This document shows, piece after piece, positions 39,815 to 49,783 of a stretch of 64,000 nt of DNA. Below the pieces are notes generated by a model. The model saw nothing but the letters and a program-made list of their open reading frames with translations. It ran no database searches and was not told the origin of the DNA. Numbering within the stretch: the stretch's first letter is position 1; each line of letters begins with the position of its first letter. The stretch is from a bacterium. Lineage in GTDB: Bacteria > Bacillota_I > Bacilli_A > RF39 > UBA660. The stretch covers positions 65,134 through 129,133 of the forward strand of contig JAHZBE010000001.1 in the NCBI GenBank assembly GCA_019423565.1, in the 5' to 3' direction. Position numbers and translations under genes: made by a program.

Positions 39815-42800
39815 CTATTTTATTAGTTTTGAACCCAACAGATGTTGTCTTACTCTTAACAAATCTGCTGAATTTATTGTATTATCATAATTTATATCTG
39901 ATGACAAGAAATATGCGCCATTTAAAACATTAGTTCCTAATAAATGTTGTCTTATTTTTAATAAATCTGCCGAATTTATCTTACCATCCCCATTTATGTC
40001 TCCAATAACAACATTTGTAAATTCTTTATATAAATCTGTGTTATGCATTATTTTTGTTTTACCACCAGTATATAATATTTTTTTATTATTAATTTCTTTA
40101 TAATCAATATTTACTGTATAACCACTACCTAAAGTAATGTTTGATTTAAATGTATCATATTCTGTATTAACCATTATTTTACTAATATAATTATTTATTT
40201 TATCAACTTCATAATTATTTATTATATAAGAAATATCATCTTCAATAGTCAATGTTCTTTTACCAAAATATTCTTTATGATTGTTATCATAAAATACTTT
40301 ATATTTAATTTCATATATTCCTACTTCTTTATATTTAGGGAGTTCATTTAATGTATATTCACCATTAGAATCCATATATCTTAATGTATAATCACTAGAA
40401 TATATTAAATCAACATCTATTGTATGTTCTTTACCGTCATACTTTACTGTTACATCTTTAGAATTATCTTGAACAGATATATCTGCTTTACTAATTTCAA
40501 CCTTAACAATAACATCTTTAGTTGTACCATCTTCCCATATATAATTAGTATTCTTTAATGAAATAATTACATCATAAATTCCAACATTTGTTCCCGTATT
40601 ATTTTTAGCAATCATAGTATCTTCATTATATCCAGGAACATCCAAAATAATTTCTTTTCCATTATAAACATAATTCCATGTTGGACTAACTGGTTTTGAA
40701 ATTTTCAATGGTTCTATAGTAAAATCAACAATAAAATCTTTTTCTTGTTTTCCATTATCAAATGAATAATCAATAAATTTATCATCGGATAATTTTAATT
40801 TTATAGTTGCTTTCTTCTTGCCTACATTTTCATCTGAAGAAATTGCACTTAAAATACTATACTCATTTTTTTCTAAATTAGAAATATTTATATTTTCTAA
40901 TGAGATATTTGTTGTGCCATCATATACTTTATTTTGAATAGATATTTCTGGGTTAATTATCTTTTTTTCTTTATTGACATTAATTGTAATATCAATATTT
41001 TCTATTGTTTCATAATTTTTTGTATCACTTGGAATATATTTCGCTTTATATTTTACCTTTCCACCTTTGTTAATAATTTGTGAATCATCCATCCATTTAA
41101 AACCATCAGGTAACTGAATTTCTGATAATTTTTGTCCAAATTCTGCAGTTAAATCTGTAGGTATAGTATATGTTGGGGTTGCTTTAACTACAACAATTGG
41201 AATCTTTTCATTAACTAAGACATCATATCCTTGCTTAGTTTTTATACTTATTATAAGATATGTATCACCAAATTGAATTCCTTTGCTTGGATCTTGATAT
41301 TCTTTTGAAAAAGTACGTCCTTCTGATAATGGACCTTTAACACTATAATCATCTTCGTATAGATATTCCTCTCTAGTTTCTTTTTCATAATACGTTAATT
41401 TTGCATAAGGAACATCATCATTAACTAAATATTGAGCAGCAGTATACTTGTCTTTTAAATTCATTATTTCATATTTATCTGGTTCAAAATGTCTATAATT
41501 ATAATTATTACTATCTAACCAATCTTTAATTGAAGAATCTTTATGAGTGTAGAAGATTAAATCTTCATTTTTAATTTCTCCTTCATTTGTTCTTTTAAAT
41601 GTATTTTCATTTATATAAAGATTGTATCCTAAAAAGTACACATTTTTTAACCAATTGCAATCTTTAAATGAGTTTTCGCCTAATCTTTTTACTGTTTCTG
41701 GAATAGTTACATTTCTTAAGTAAGTATTACCAGTATATGCATAATTTCCTATTTCAGTAATATAATCAGGAAGCTCAATATCACTTACACTACCACTATT
41801 TGATACACCAATTAATAATTTGTTATTATTTTCAACAATCCCAACTCTATCAATAACTTTATATGGTTCATTAAGTTCAGATCTACCATATACCTTTTTT
41901 ATTGGTGAATAGGCAAAAGCATCCTCAGCAATATAATCTACACCATATAAATAAAGTTCTTCAACGCCAGAATTCAAAAATGCTTTACTTTCAATTCTTG
42001 AACCATCAAAAGTTACTTCTTTCAATTTTTTACAGTTTTTAAATGCAAATGAGTAAATAGTATCAAAGGGTGCTCCAATATTAATTCTTTCAATTCCACT
42101 CTCAGAAAATGCATATTCACCAATTGAATTAACTGTTCCAAAATCAAACTTTGATAGCATAAAAGTATTATAAAATGCATATCCTTCTATATCAGAAGAT
42201 ATATATAATTCTATAGAGGATAATGAGACACAATTATAGAAAGTATATTCTTTTATTTCATCTAAAACTATTTGATCATATTTAGAATGATATAATTTTG
42301 TTAGTTTTTTACAATTATAAAATGCATATTTTCCAATAGACATTTGTCTTGTCCCAGAGTTGTCATTTTTTCCAATGATATCCAATGATAGTAATTCATA
42401 ACAATCTTTAAAAGCATATTCACCAATTTCTGTAATTGGTATATCTATTGTTTCTATTTGACTTGATTCAAAAGCATGATTACCTATTTCTATTTCATCA
42501 TTTGTACCATGTATATATTTAATATTTGTATTTGATAATGCATAATTTCCTATTCTTTTAAAGTAACTAGGCAAATATAAATGTACATAATTTTTAAAAT
42601 CAGCACCTGATTCAGAAAACTTAAAGTCATCTGCAAATGCAGTTACTTGTTTAGAATCTATAGTTTCTGGAACATACAATTTACTAATTTCTAAATTATG
42701 ATTTTTATAACCTATTATTTCTACTTTTTCATTATCTAAAGCATTGTATTCCCAACCACTTTCTAAATTTGTTGGATTTTTAATTTCTATCTCTTTACTT

Positions 42801-44329
42801 ATATCCCCAACTTTAATAGTAACTTTTTGGGTATCAGAAATAGTTGGAGAATAATTTAATACTTCTAAATCAGTTATATCACCTAGTGATAAAGTTTTTT
42901 CTGTACCATCTGCATATAATACGTCCGCCTTAGTTCCCATTAAATTTGTTATAGAATAATAATTATATTTTGTAAATTTAATTTCTTTTATTTCAACATT
43001 TATTATTTCTTTACTTTTATTTTTATATATTCCATATTTATCACAATATTTTCCATTACAGAATTCTACATTTTGAAATGATATAAGTCCATTTCCATAA
43101 TATTGATCCCAACCAGGTTCACCTAAATCAATAGAGCTTTCTTTTAATATATCAATAATATTATCTAACGTTAAATCCTTATTATATCCTTTTAAAATTG
43201 CTACTGAACTTACAGCATGAGGTGTTGCCATTGATGTTCCACTTATAGTTTCATGGTCATCATCATCATTATTACCATTTTCTTTTGAAATAGATGCATC
43301 TTTGCCCATTATACTTTTAATTTTAGTTCCTGGTGCTGTAAATGTAATGTATGAACCATAATTTGAAAAGGATGATTTTTTTAGATTTGAATCAACAGAT
43401 GCAATAGCTATAGTATTGTCTAGTGCTGCAGGATAAAGTTTTTCACTTATATTCTCATTACCTGCTGCAGCAACACTTATAATATTTTGTTCTTTAGCCG
43501 ATTCAATTGCCTGCTCTAACGCACCATTATATCCGTAACCGCCAAAACTCATATTAATTACATCAGCCTTTTTATTACGTACTATATAGTTTATTCCAGC
43601 TATAATATCTGTAGAATACATTGAACCATTTCTACTTACTTTAATTGGAAATATTTTTACATTATTAGGTGTTCCCTCTGCTATTGTACCTGCAACATGT
43701 GTTCCGTGACCATTTTCATCATTCATTACTGTTATTGAATCTTCTAAAACATTATACATTTCACTAATTTTACCATTGTAATATTTATTAAATAATTCTA
43801 TGTGGCATCCAGAATCTATTATCGCTACAGTAACCGGTTTTATATTTTCAGAATAGTTATTTGCTGATGCACTAGCACTATCTAATGCCATTTTTTCAAT
43901 TCCCCATGAATTGTAGTTTGTTGATTGCGTAGTGTATACTCCATTTTCTTCTACACTTTCAATTTTTTTGTCTTTCTTTAATTGTTCTAATGCAGATTTT
44001 TTTTCTTCATCTGAATCATATTGTAATATATATTGATTATTTGGTGCTTCAATTATATTTTTTGCACCATAAGAATTTTTTATTTTACTTTTCGATATTA
44101 CAATAAGCATATTATCTTTATCTTCATTAGAATTATTTTCACTAATTTCTTTAAAATATTTATTAACAAATTCATCAGATAAATAAGAAATATTGATATT
44201 CCTTGTTTTTTCTGTTTTAAAGAAATTATCTTTTATTATACAAACCCCGCTTATAACAATTATTATAATTAAACTGCTAAATACAAAAAAATTTGATATT
44301 TTTTTGCTCTTTTTACATTTTCTACCCAT
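39815..44329 (-). CDS. giant secreted subtilisin-family (S8) protease with BspA-type LRRs, MBG/Ig-like repeats and a C-terminal dockerin
   Basis: Catalytic triad contexts 'AIIDSGC', 'HGTHVAGTI' and 'SGTSMATPHA'. LRR_5-like repeats ('IGEYAFKDCYELLSL','IGKYAFYNCKKLTKL'). 'VYDGT'/'YDGKEHT' repeats. C-terminal 'GDINGDGKINSADLLKIRQHLLG...DINYDNTINSADLLRVRQHLLG' is a two-segment dockerin. Confidence 0.9.
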   Translation of the reverse strand: MGRKCKKSKKISNFFVFSSLIIIIVISGVCIIKDNFFKTEKTRNINISYLSDEFVNKYFKEISENNSNEDKDNMLIVISKSKIKNSYGAKNIIEAPNNQYILQYDSDEEKKSALEQLKKDKKIESVEENGVYTTQSTNYNSWGIEKMALDSASASANNYSENIKPVTVAIIDSGCHIELFNKYYNGKISEMYNVLEDSITVMNDENGHGTHVAGTIAEGTPNNVKIFPIKVSRNGSMYSTDIIAGINYIVRNKKADVINMSFGGYGYNGALEQAIESAKEQNIISVAAAGNENISEKLYPAALDNTIAIASVDSNLKKSSFSNYGSYITFTAPGTKIKSIMGKDASISKENGNNDDDDHETISGTSMATPHAVSSVAILKGYNKDLTLDNIIDILKESSIDLGEPGWDQYYGNGLISFQNVEFCNGKYCDKYGIYKNKSKEIINVEIKEIKFTKYNYYSITNLMGTKADVLYADGTEKTLSLGDITDLEVLNYSPTISDTQKVTIKVGDISKEIEIKNPTNLESGWEYNALDNEKVEIIGYKNHNLEISKLYVPETIDSKQVTAFADDFKFSESGADFKNYVHLYLPSYFKRIGNYALSNTNIKYIHGTNDEIEIGNHAFESSQIETIDIPITEIGEYAFKDCYELLSLDIIGKNDNSGTRQMSIGKYAFYNCKKLTKLYHSKYDQIVLDEIKEYTFYNCVSLSSIELYISSDIEGYAFYNTFMLSKFDFGTVNSIGEYAFSESGIERINIGAPFDTIYSFAFKNCKKLKEVTFDGSRIESKAFLNSGVEELYLYGVDYIAEDAFAYSPIKKVYGRSELNEPYKVIDRVGIVENNNKLLIGVSNSGSVSDIELPDYITEIGNYAYTGNTYLRNVTIPETVKRLGENSFKDCNWLKNVYFLGYNLYINENTFKRTNEGEIKNEDLIFYTHKDSSIKDWLDSNNYNYRHFEPDKYEIMNLKDKYTAAQYLVNDDVPYAKLTYYEKETREEYLYEDDYSVKGPLSEGRTFSKEYQDPSKGIQFGDTYLIISIKTKQGYDVLVNEKIPIVVVKATPTYTIPTDLTAEFGQKLSEIQLPDGFKWMDDSQIINKGGKVKYKAKYIPSDTKNYETIENIDITINVNKEKKIINPEISIQNKVYDGTTNISLENINISNLEKNEYSILSAISSDENVGKKKATIKLKLSDDKFIDYSFDNGKQEKDFIVDFTIEPLKISKPVSPTWNYVYNGKEIILDVPGYNEDTMIAKNNTGTNVGIYDVIISLKNTNYIWEDGTTKDVIVKVEISKADISVQDNSKDVTVKYDGKEHTIDVDLIYSSDYTLRYMDSNGEYTLNELPKYKEVGIYEIKYKVFYDNNHKEYFGKRTLTIEDDISYIINNYEVDKINNYISKIMVNTEYDTFKSNITLGSGYTVNIDYKEINNKKILYTGGKTKIMHNTDLYKEFTNVVIGDINGDGKINSADLLKIRQHLLGTNVLNGAYFLSSDINYDNTINSADLLRVRQHLLGSKLIK

Positions 44330-44492
44330 AAATTTACTCCTACCCTTATTCTAAATTAAGTATACCATATATTTTAAAAAAATTATCTATAATTCGACAC
44401 ATTTTTTAAAAATTAATCATTTGTTAATAAAAATGTACAAAAAAAATCACATAAAAATATGTGACTTTATAAATATTAAAGTTTTTTATTAC
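44310..44492 (-). repeat. terminator-promoter direct repeat, copy B (drives the protease gene)
   Basis: See copy A. Hairpin at 44447-44464, TGGTATACT at 44359-67 (minus strand), and the ATG of the protease at 44329. Confidence 0.9.
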
Positions 44493-44955
44493 TTTTTAGA
44501 ATTTTGTCTGTTGATTGTAAATTATTAACATATTCTTCATATTTTTTATTATATTCACTTGAAATGTTTTCATCTATACCATACATATTTAGCATTATTG
44601 AACTACCCATTATATTCATTACTCTTACACCATCAAAGAGAAGATTATTAGATCTCAAACTATAAAATCTTGTCACTCCAATAAAATTATCATCAAGATA
44701 AGGTATTAAATCATTTAAAAGTTGTTCGTGTAATATAGATATATATTCTGGAGTAATTCCTAAATTAAAATGTCTTTCAAAATCTTTGTAAGGAACATAT
44801 ATATCAGCGGTACACATATCTTTGCCATCAACTTCATGAATACCTAAATTTATTTTAGCCTTTAATTTATTTCCATCAGATAAAATGTCATTAATATATT
44901 CAATAATTAATTTAGATCTAACTTTTGATAATTCTTTTGCTTCGCTTATTTCCAT
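44476..44955 (-). CDS. hypothetical protein
   Basis: ORF 27 nt downstream of mnmA. Its last codons and stop lie in a diverged copy of the mnmA 3' end. Confidence 0.55.
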   Translation of the reverse strand: MEISEAKELSKVRSKLIIEYINDILSDGNKLKAKINLGIHEVDGKDMCTADIYVPYKDFERHFNLGITPEYISILHEQLLNDLIPYLDDNFIGVTRFYSLRSNNLLFDGVRVMNIMGSSIMLNMYGIDENISSEYNKKYEEYVNNLQSTDKILKSNKKL

Positions 44956-44982
44956 TATATCACTTCTTCCAACTTATAATTT

Positions 44983-46101
44983 CTATAAATACCAAAGTTT
45001 TTTACCATTTTTTCTAACTTTTTTTATAATTCCGCCACCTAAGCATTCTTCACCTAAATAAAGTACGCATGCTTGTCCAGGTGTAACAGATTTAACATTA
45101 TCATATTTAACACTTAAATTACCATCTTCTAAATATTCAATAGTAACATCTATATCACTTTGTCTATATCTAAATTTAGCAGTGCATTTTTTTGGCCTTT
45201 TTTCACTAATAAAATTAACATCTTCTATTATTGCTTCATCAGTTAGTAAATATTTCGTATCATCACCTAAAGAAACATATAATACATTTTTATCTAAATC
45301 TTTACCAACAACATATAGTCTTTTTTCATTACCACCAATATCAAGTCCTCTTCTTTGACCTATTGTATAATACATAAGACCCATATGTTTACCAAGTACT
45401 TCATTTGTATCAATATCAACAATATCTCCTTCTTGATTAGGTAAGTAATTAGTTAAAAATTCTTTAAAATTTCTTTCTCCAATAAAACATATTCCAGTTG
45501 AATCCTTTTTATCCGCAACAACTAAATCATTTTCTTTTGCTATTTTTCTAACATCTTTTTTCTCATATTCTCCAACAGGGAATAATACATTTGATAACTG
45601 CTTTCTTGATACTTGTGATAAAAAGTATGTTTGATCTTTATTTTGATCTATTCCCCTAAGTAAATTACCATCTTTCATTCTTGCATAATGACCTGTCGCA
45701 ATATAATCTGCGCCTAATTTTTCAGCTTCTTTTTTAAACATATCAAACTTAATATATTTATTGCACATGATATCAGGATTTGGTGTTCTACCTTTTTTTA
45801 GTTCATCAAGAAAATATGTAAATACATAATCCCAATATTCTTTAACAAAATCTATTCTATGAAGTTTTATTCCAAGTTTATTACATACAGCAAGCGCATC
45901 ATTATAATCTTGTTCTTGTGTACATATATTATTATTTAAAGTAGGGTTACCATTTATATCATTATTTATAGAACTATCCCAGTTTCTCATAAATAATCCT
46001 TCAACTAAATATCCTTCTTTTTTTAGTAAATAAGCACTAACTGCTGAATCTACTCCACCACTTACGCCAACTATAACTTTTTTCATCTTTATCACTTCCA
46101 T
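44983..46101 (-). CDS. mnmA: tRNA 2-thiouridine(34) synthase
   Basis: 'KVIVGVSGGVDSAVSAYLLKKEGYLVEGLFMRNWD' PP-loop, 'GRTPNPDIMCNKYIKF', 'ATGHYAR'. Confidence 0.95.
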   Translation of the reverse strand: MEVIKMKKVIVGVSGGVDSAVSAYLLKKEGYLVEGLFMRNWDSSINNDINGNPTLNNNICTQEQDYNDALAVCNKLGIKLHRIDFVKEYWDYVFTYFLDELKKGRTPNPDIMCNKYIKFDMFKKEAEKLGADYIATGHYARMKDGNLLRGIDQNKDQTYFLSQVSRKQLSNVLFPVGEYEKKDVRKIAKENDLVVADKKDSTGICFIGERNFKEFLTNYLPNQEGDIVDIDTNEVLGKHMGLMYYTIGQRRGLDIGGNEKRLYVVGKDLDKNVLYVSLGDDTKYLLTDEAIIEDVNFISEKRPKKCTAKFRYRQSDIDVTIEYLEDGNLSVKYDNVKSVTPGQACVLYLGEECLGGGIIKKVRKNGKKLWYL

Positions 46102-46121
46102 AATTCTTTAGTTATTATACA

Positions 46122-46757
46122 TTATTTAATTAAATTAGTAAATAATTTTGTGAATGATGGAGTTACAAATGCATCAAATAATGCACACAAAATAGAAAGT
46201 AATATACTTACTAAAAGTATAAAAAAATATTTGCCCATAAATGTTTTGAAATTAATAGTTTGTTTAGTAAATGCACCCTTTAATATTTTTACCGATATTA
46301 TTATACTGTAAGATGCTAAAAAAAGGGAAAATATTGATAATATAATTGGTGATGGAATAATGTATGTAAATACTCCTACTATTCCTTTAAAACCATATTT
46401 AGCGAATATTGAACTTACTGAAAAACCAAGAGTAAATGATTTAAAAAATATCATAATAAATATTATAGGTAAACCAATAACTGATAAACCTAAAAGCCAC
46501 ATAGAGACTGTATATAATAAATTTGATAATAATTCATTTTTAAATATATCTATTTTATCTTCAAAATTAAGTTTATTATTTGATAAAAAGTAATTACCTA
46601 CTTCATTTAATATAGTAGTTTTTTCACCATTTTTTAAAATAGTTATATAAATACTTCCAAATATTAATCCTAAAATAAATATTACAGATATTACTAGTAA
46701 AATATTATTTTTATTTTTTAAGTCCTTTTTATAGTTATTGTACATTTCTTTCATCAT
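46122..46757 (-). CDS. SpoIIM-like (DUF95) membrane protein
   Basis: ~210-aa polytopic protein. The pattern 'FKNELLSNLLYTVSMWLLGLSVIGLPIIFIMIFFKSFTLGF' fits stage II sporulation protein M. Confidence 0.55.
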   Translation of the reverse strand: MMKEMYNNYKKDLKNKNNILLVISVIFILGLIFGSIYITILKNGEKTTILNEVGNYFLSNNKLNFEDKIDIFKNELLSNLLYTVSMWLLGLSVIGLPIIFIMIFFKSFTLGFSVSSIFAKYGFKGIVGVFTYIIPSPIILSIFSLFLASYSIIISVKILKGAFTKQTINFKTFMGKYFFILLVSILLSILCALFDAFVTPSFTKLFTNLIK

Positions 46758-46850
46758 ATATTTCTCCTTTGTTATAATATATTAATGCTTGTACAATTTT
46801 AGAACTTTTTTTAAGTATTTACATAAACTATCTATGAAAGGATGAGATTT

Positions 46851-47111
46851 ATGAAAAAAGACTATATGTATAAATATCCTAGTAATGTAGTTTATTACAG
46901 TAATTATCCTTATATGGATAGAAATAGTAATTATAATTCAAATGATGAAAGATTTGCGGGTGGATTTATTGGACCATTTATTTTAGGAGGTATAACTGGA
47001 GGACTTGTCGCACCATTTTTCTATGGTAATGGATATGGATATAATAGACCAAATGTTTATTACTATCAACCCGGACCATATATGCCACCATATTATGGTA
47101 GACCATACTAA
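46851..47111 (+). CDS. small Tyr/Gly/Pro/Asn-rich protein
   Basis: Low-complexity product 'YYQPGPYMPPYYGRPY'. ATG at 46851 follows AAAGGA. Function unknown. Confidence 0.45.
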   Translation: MKKDYMYKYPSNVVYYSNYPYMDRNSNYNSNDERFAGGFIGPFILGGITGGLVAPFFYGNGYGYNRPNVYYYQPGPYMPPYYGRPY

Positions 47112-47125
47112 AAAAGTAGAATAAC

Positions 47126-47887
47126 CTACTTTTTTAAATTAGTCATATATGATTTTTCAGTAACATAAAAGTTATTAGTTTTTATTAAATGTCTTTTATT
47201 TCTAGACATTTTTTTAATGCTTTTAATCTTTTTAAAATCTTTATATTCATTTTTATATAACTTTTTTTCTAAGATAAACCTATTAAATATTATATATCTA
47301 TTTTTATAATTATATATTATTTGTGTAAGTAAGAAAATAATTATTAAGTAGTAACTTGTATCACTTTTAAAATATATAAAAAATATACTTAAAAATAATA
47401 TTGATATTATTATATTAATCATATATGAGACTCTAAAATTAAATATTTTATTTACTATTACATTAAATATTTTTGATCCATCAAGTGGTATTATTGGAAG
47501 TAAATTAAATAGAAAAATTGCTAAATTATAGTTTTTAAATAACTCATATATATATGAATCTATAATTAGATTTTTTCTTAAGATAAATATTATTAAAAAT
47601 AATAATTCTTGAAATATAAGTCCCATAATTGAAATTATAAATTCTTCTTTTAAAGGCTTATCTATTTTTTCATCTAAAGTGCATACTCCTCCAAATGGAT
47701 ATATTTTAATTTCTTTTATATTCCATTTATATTTATAAAGAAAAATAAAATGCCCAAATTCATGAAATAATATTATTATAGATATTACTATAAATTCTTT
47801 AAAAAGTCCTGAAATAAGGCTTAAAAATATAATTATAATTGAATATACACTTATATTAATTTTGTTTAAGAACTTCACTAGAATCAA
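47126..47887 (-). CDS. M50 site-2 protease family (SpoIVFB-like, no CBS domain)
   Basis: 'HEFGHF' (HExxH) in TM helix 2 and 'NLLPIIPLDGSKI' (NPDG-type motif). Confidence 0.8.
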   Translation of the reverse strand: MILVKFLNKINISVYSIIIIFLSLISGLFKEFIVISIIILFHEFGHFIFLYKYKWNIKEIKIYPFGGVCTLDEKIDKPLKEEFIISIMGLIFQELLFLIIFILRKNLIIDSYIYELFKNYNLAIFLFNLLPIIPLDGSKIFNVIVNKIFNFRVSYMINIIISILFLSIFFIYFKSDTSYYLIIIFLLTQIIYNYKNRYIIFNRFILEKKLYKNEYKDFKKIKSIKKMSRNKRHLIKTNNFYVTEKSYMTNLKK

Positions 47888-48488
47888 TTTCTACACCATC
47901 TTTTTGAAATATTAAATATAATTCATTGTTTTTAGCCTCACCTACTACAGCATTATCTTCTACATAATCATATAGTTTCATAGTAGTATTAGCTAAATTA
48001 GAATACCATACATCTATTCCATCTGATTGCTGAATAATTATTGTTTTACCAAGGCCCTCTTTTTCTCCTGAAAATATTACTATTCCTCCTTTTATTATAG
48101 GAATCGCATAATTATCACTAAGAGTTAGTTTGACACCTTTATTGTATTTAGAAATAGATTTATATTTAAGTTTTTCATTAAATACTTTTTTGTCTTCAAA
48201 AATATTTTGAAAAGGAATAATATTTCCAACATATTTATTATATATATTTTTAAAATATGAAAATGAAAAATTTGTATTATATACTTTATTATAAATTATA
48301 TTTTTTAATTTTAAATCTTTAGTACATGCGAGTGATGCAAAACAAAAAACTAGTAATACAACAAAAAATTTAAATGTGAAAAATTTAAATTTATTAGGTT
48401 TAACTACTTTTTCATTTTTCTTAATACTTTTATTACTTTTATTTTTAATACGATTTTTTACATCATTTATATTCTCCATATTATTCAC
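47856..48488 (-). CDS. membrane-anchored degenerate LytM/M23-domain protein (SpoIVFA-like)
   Basis: 'GGIVIFSGEKEGLGKTIIIQQSDGIDVWYSNL...LYLIFQKDGVEID' has the M23 fold pattern, but the metal-binding His residues are replaced. It overlaps the M50 gene. Confidence 0.6.
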   Translation of the reverse strand: MNNMENINDVKNRIKNKSNKSIKKNEKVVKPNKFKFFTFKFFVVLLVFCFASLACTKDLKLKNIIYNKVYNTNFSFSYFKNIYNKYVGNIIPFQNIFEDKKVFNEKLKYKSISKYNKGVKLTLSDNYAIPIIKGGIVIFSGEKEGLGKTIIIQQSDGIDVWYSNLANTTMKLYDYVEDNAVVGEAKNNELYLIFQKDGVEIDSSEVLKQN

Positions 48489-48514
48489 CCTAGTAAATAA
48501 TATGAATATTTTTT

Positions 48515-48991
48515 TTATTTATTCCATATAACCTTTGTAAATAAATACATACTAATTGAATAAATTAAATTTAAAACAAAAAAATATCTTAAAATAACTG
48601 AAAATTCTAAAAGTGAATAATTAGTATATAAAAAGAAATTAAGAATACAAAAACAAAGTGCATTATAAAAGAATATAACAAATATTGTAGTTAGAATAAC
48701 ACTTATAACATTATAATCAAATCTTTTAAATATGTGGTATATAAAGTATGAACATAAAAGAAAAATAATAGAATTTAATACATAAAAATTAGTAAAAAAT
48801 AAATCATAAACTAATCCTAGAAAAAAAGAATAAAGTAAATAATATTTTTTTTCATTTTTTAAAAAAGGATATGCAAATATTAAACTTAATATCGTAAATA
48901 ATGGAATAAAATATTTAAAGTTTGATAAATATATATTACATATATTTTCTAAAAATAAACTAAGTAATGATATAAGAATACAATATCTCAT
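48515..48991 (-). CDS. mreD: rod shape-determining protein MreD
   Basis: Small polytopic protein directly after and abutting mreC. Confidence 0.6.
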   Translation of the reverse strand: MRYCILISLLSLFLENICNIYLSNFKYFIPLFTILSLIFAYPFLKNEKKYYLLYSFFLGLVYDLFFTNFYVLNSIIFLLCSYFIYHIFKRFDYNVISVILTTIFVIFFYNALCFCILNFFLYTNYSLLEFSVILRYFFVLNLIYSISMYLFTKVIWNK

Positions 48992-49767
48992 TATTTACCA
49001 CCTTTTATAACTGAAACAATATTAATATTATTAAAATTAGAAGCTGGTGATAATGTAAATGTATATGATAGTCCATATGTATCTTTATTTGTTTCTTTTA
49101 TTTTTCCTATTAATAATCCAGATGAAAAAGAATCACTTAGTCCTGATGTAACTACATTTATATTTTTAACTTTATCTTTATCAAAATCACCTATTACATC
49201 TTTTAAAATTAGTTCATTTTTATTTGTATCATATTTATCTATAATTCCATAATACACATTTTCTTCGTAGGTAAATGCTGCGGATATATAATTATCTCTA
49301 GTTGATGATATTATAAGTTTAATATCACTTGATTTATTATTTACTTTTATTACTTTTCCTATTAATCCTTCTGAATTAATTACAGCATCTCCCTTTTTTA
49401 TACCATCTTTTTTACCTTTATCTATAGTAAATATATCATACCAATATTTTGTACTTCTTTTTATTACAGTTGCATTAATAAATTCTTTATCACTATTTAC
49501 TGTATTTAAATTTAATGTTTTCTTTAATTCTCCAATTTCATTTTGATAATCTTTATTTATTTCTTTTGTTATTTCTTTATTTAAATCATCTTTATTATTT
49601 ATAACAGTTACTTTACTTATATCCGCTGTTAAATCTTTAAGTGAATTAAATAAAAAGTTATTTTTTTCTTTATCATTTATAAAAAAGTACAATAATAAAA
49701 ATACAATTATTATAATTAATATGATTATTAAAATCTTTTTTTCTTTCTTCTTATTCTTTTTTTTCAT
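48991..49767 (-). CDS. mreC: rod shape-determining protein MreC
   Basis: N-terminal TM, coiled coil, then 'GDAVINSEGLIGKVIKV' and 'VVTSGLSDSFSSGLLIGKI' beta-barrel motifs. Start moved to MKKKNKKK (RBS AGAGGTGA), which removes the overlap with radC. Confidence 0.85.
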   Translation of the reverse strand: MKKKNKKKEKKILIIILIIIIVFLLLYFFINDKEKNNFLFNSLKDLTADISKVTVINNKDDLNKEITKEINKDYQNEIGELKKTLNLNTVNSDKEFINATVIKRSTKYWYDIFTIDKGKKDGIKKGDAVINSEGLIGKVIKVNNKSSDIKLIISSTRDNYISAAFTYEENVYYGIIDKYDTNKNELILKDVIGDFDKDKVKNINVVTSGLSDSFSSGLLIGKIKETNKDTYGLSYTFTLSPASNFNNINIVSVIKGGK

Positions 49768-49783
49768 TATTTCACCTCTAAAA

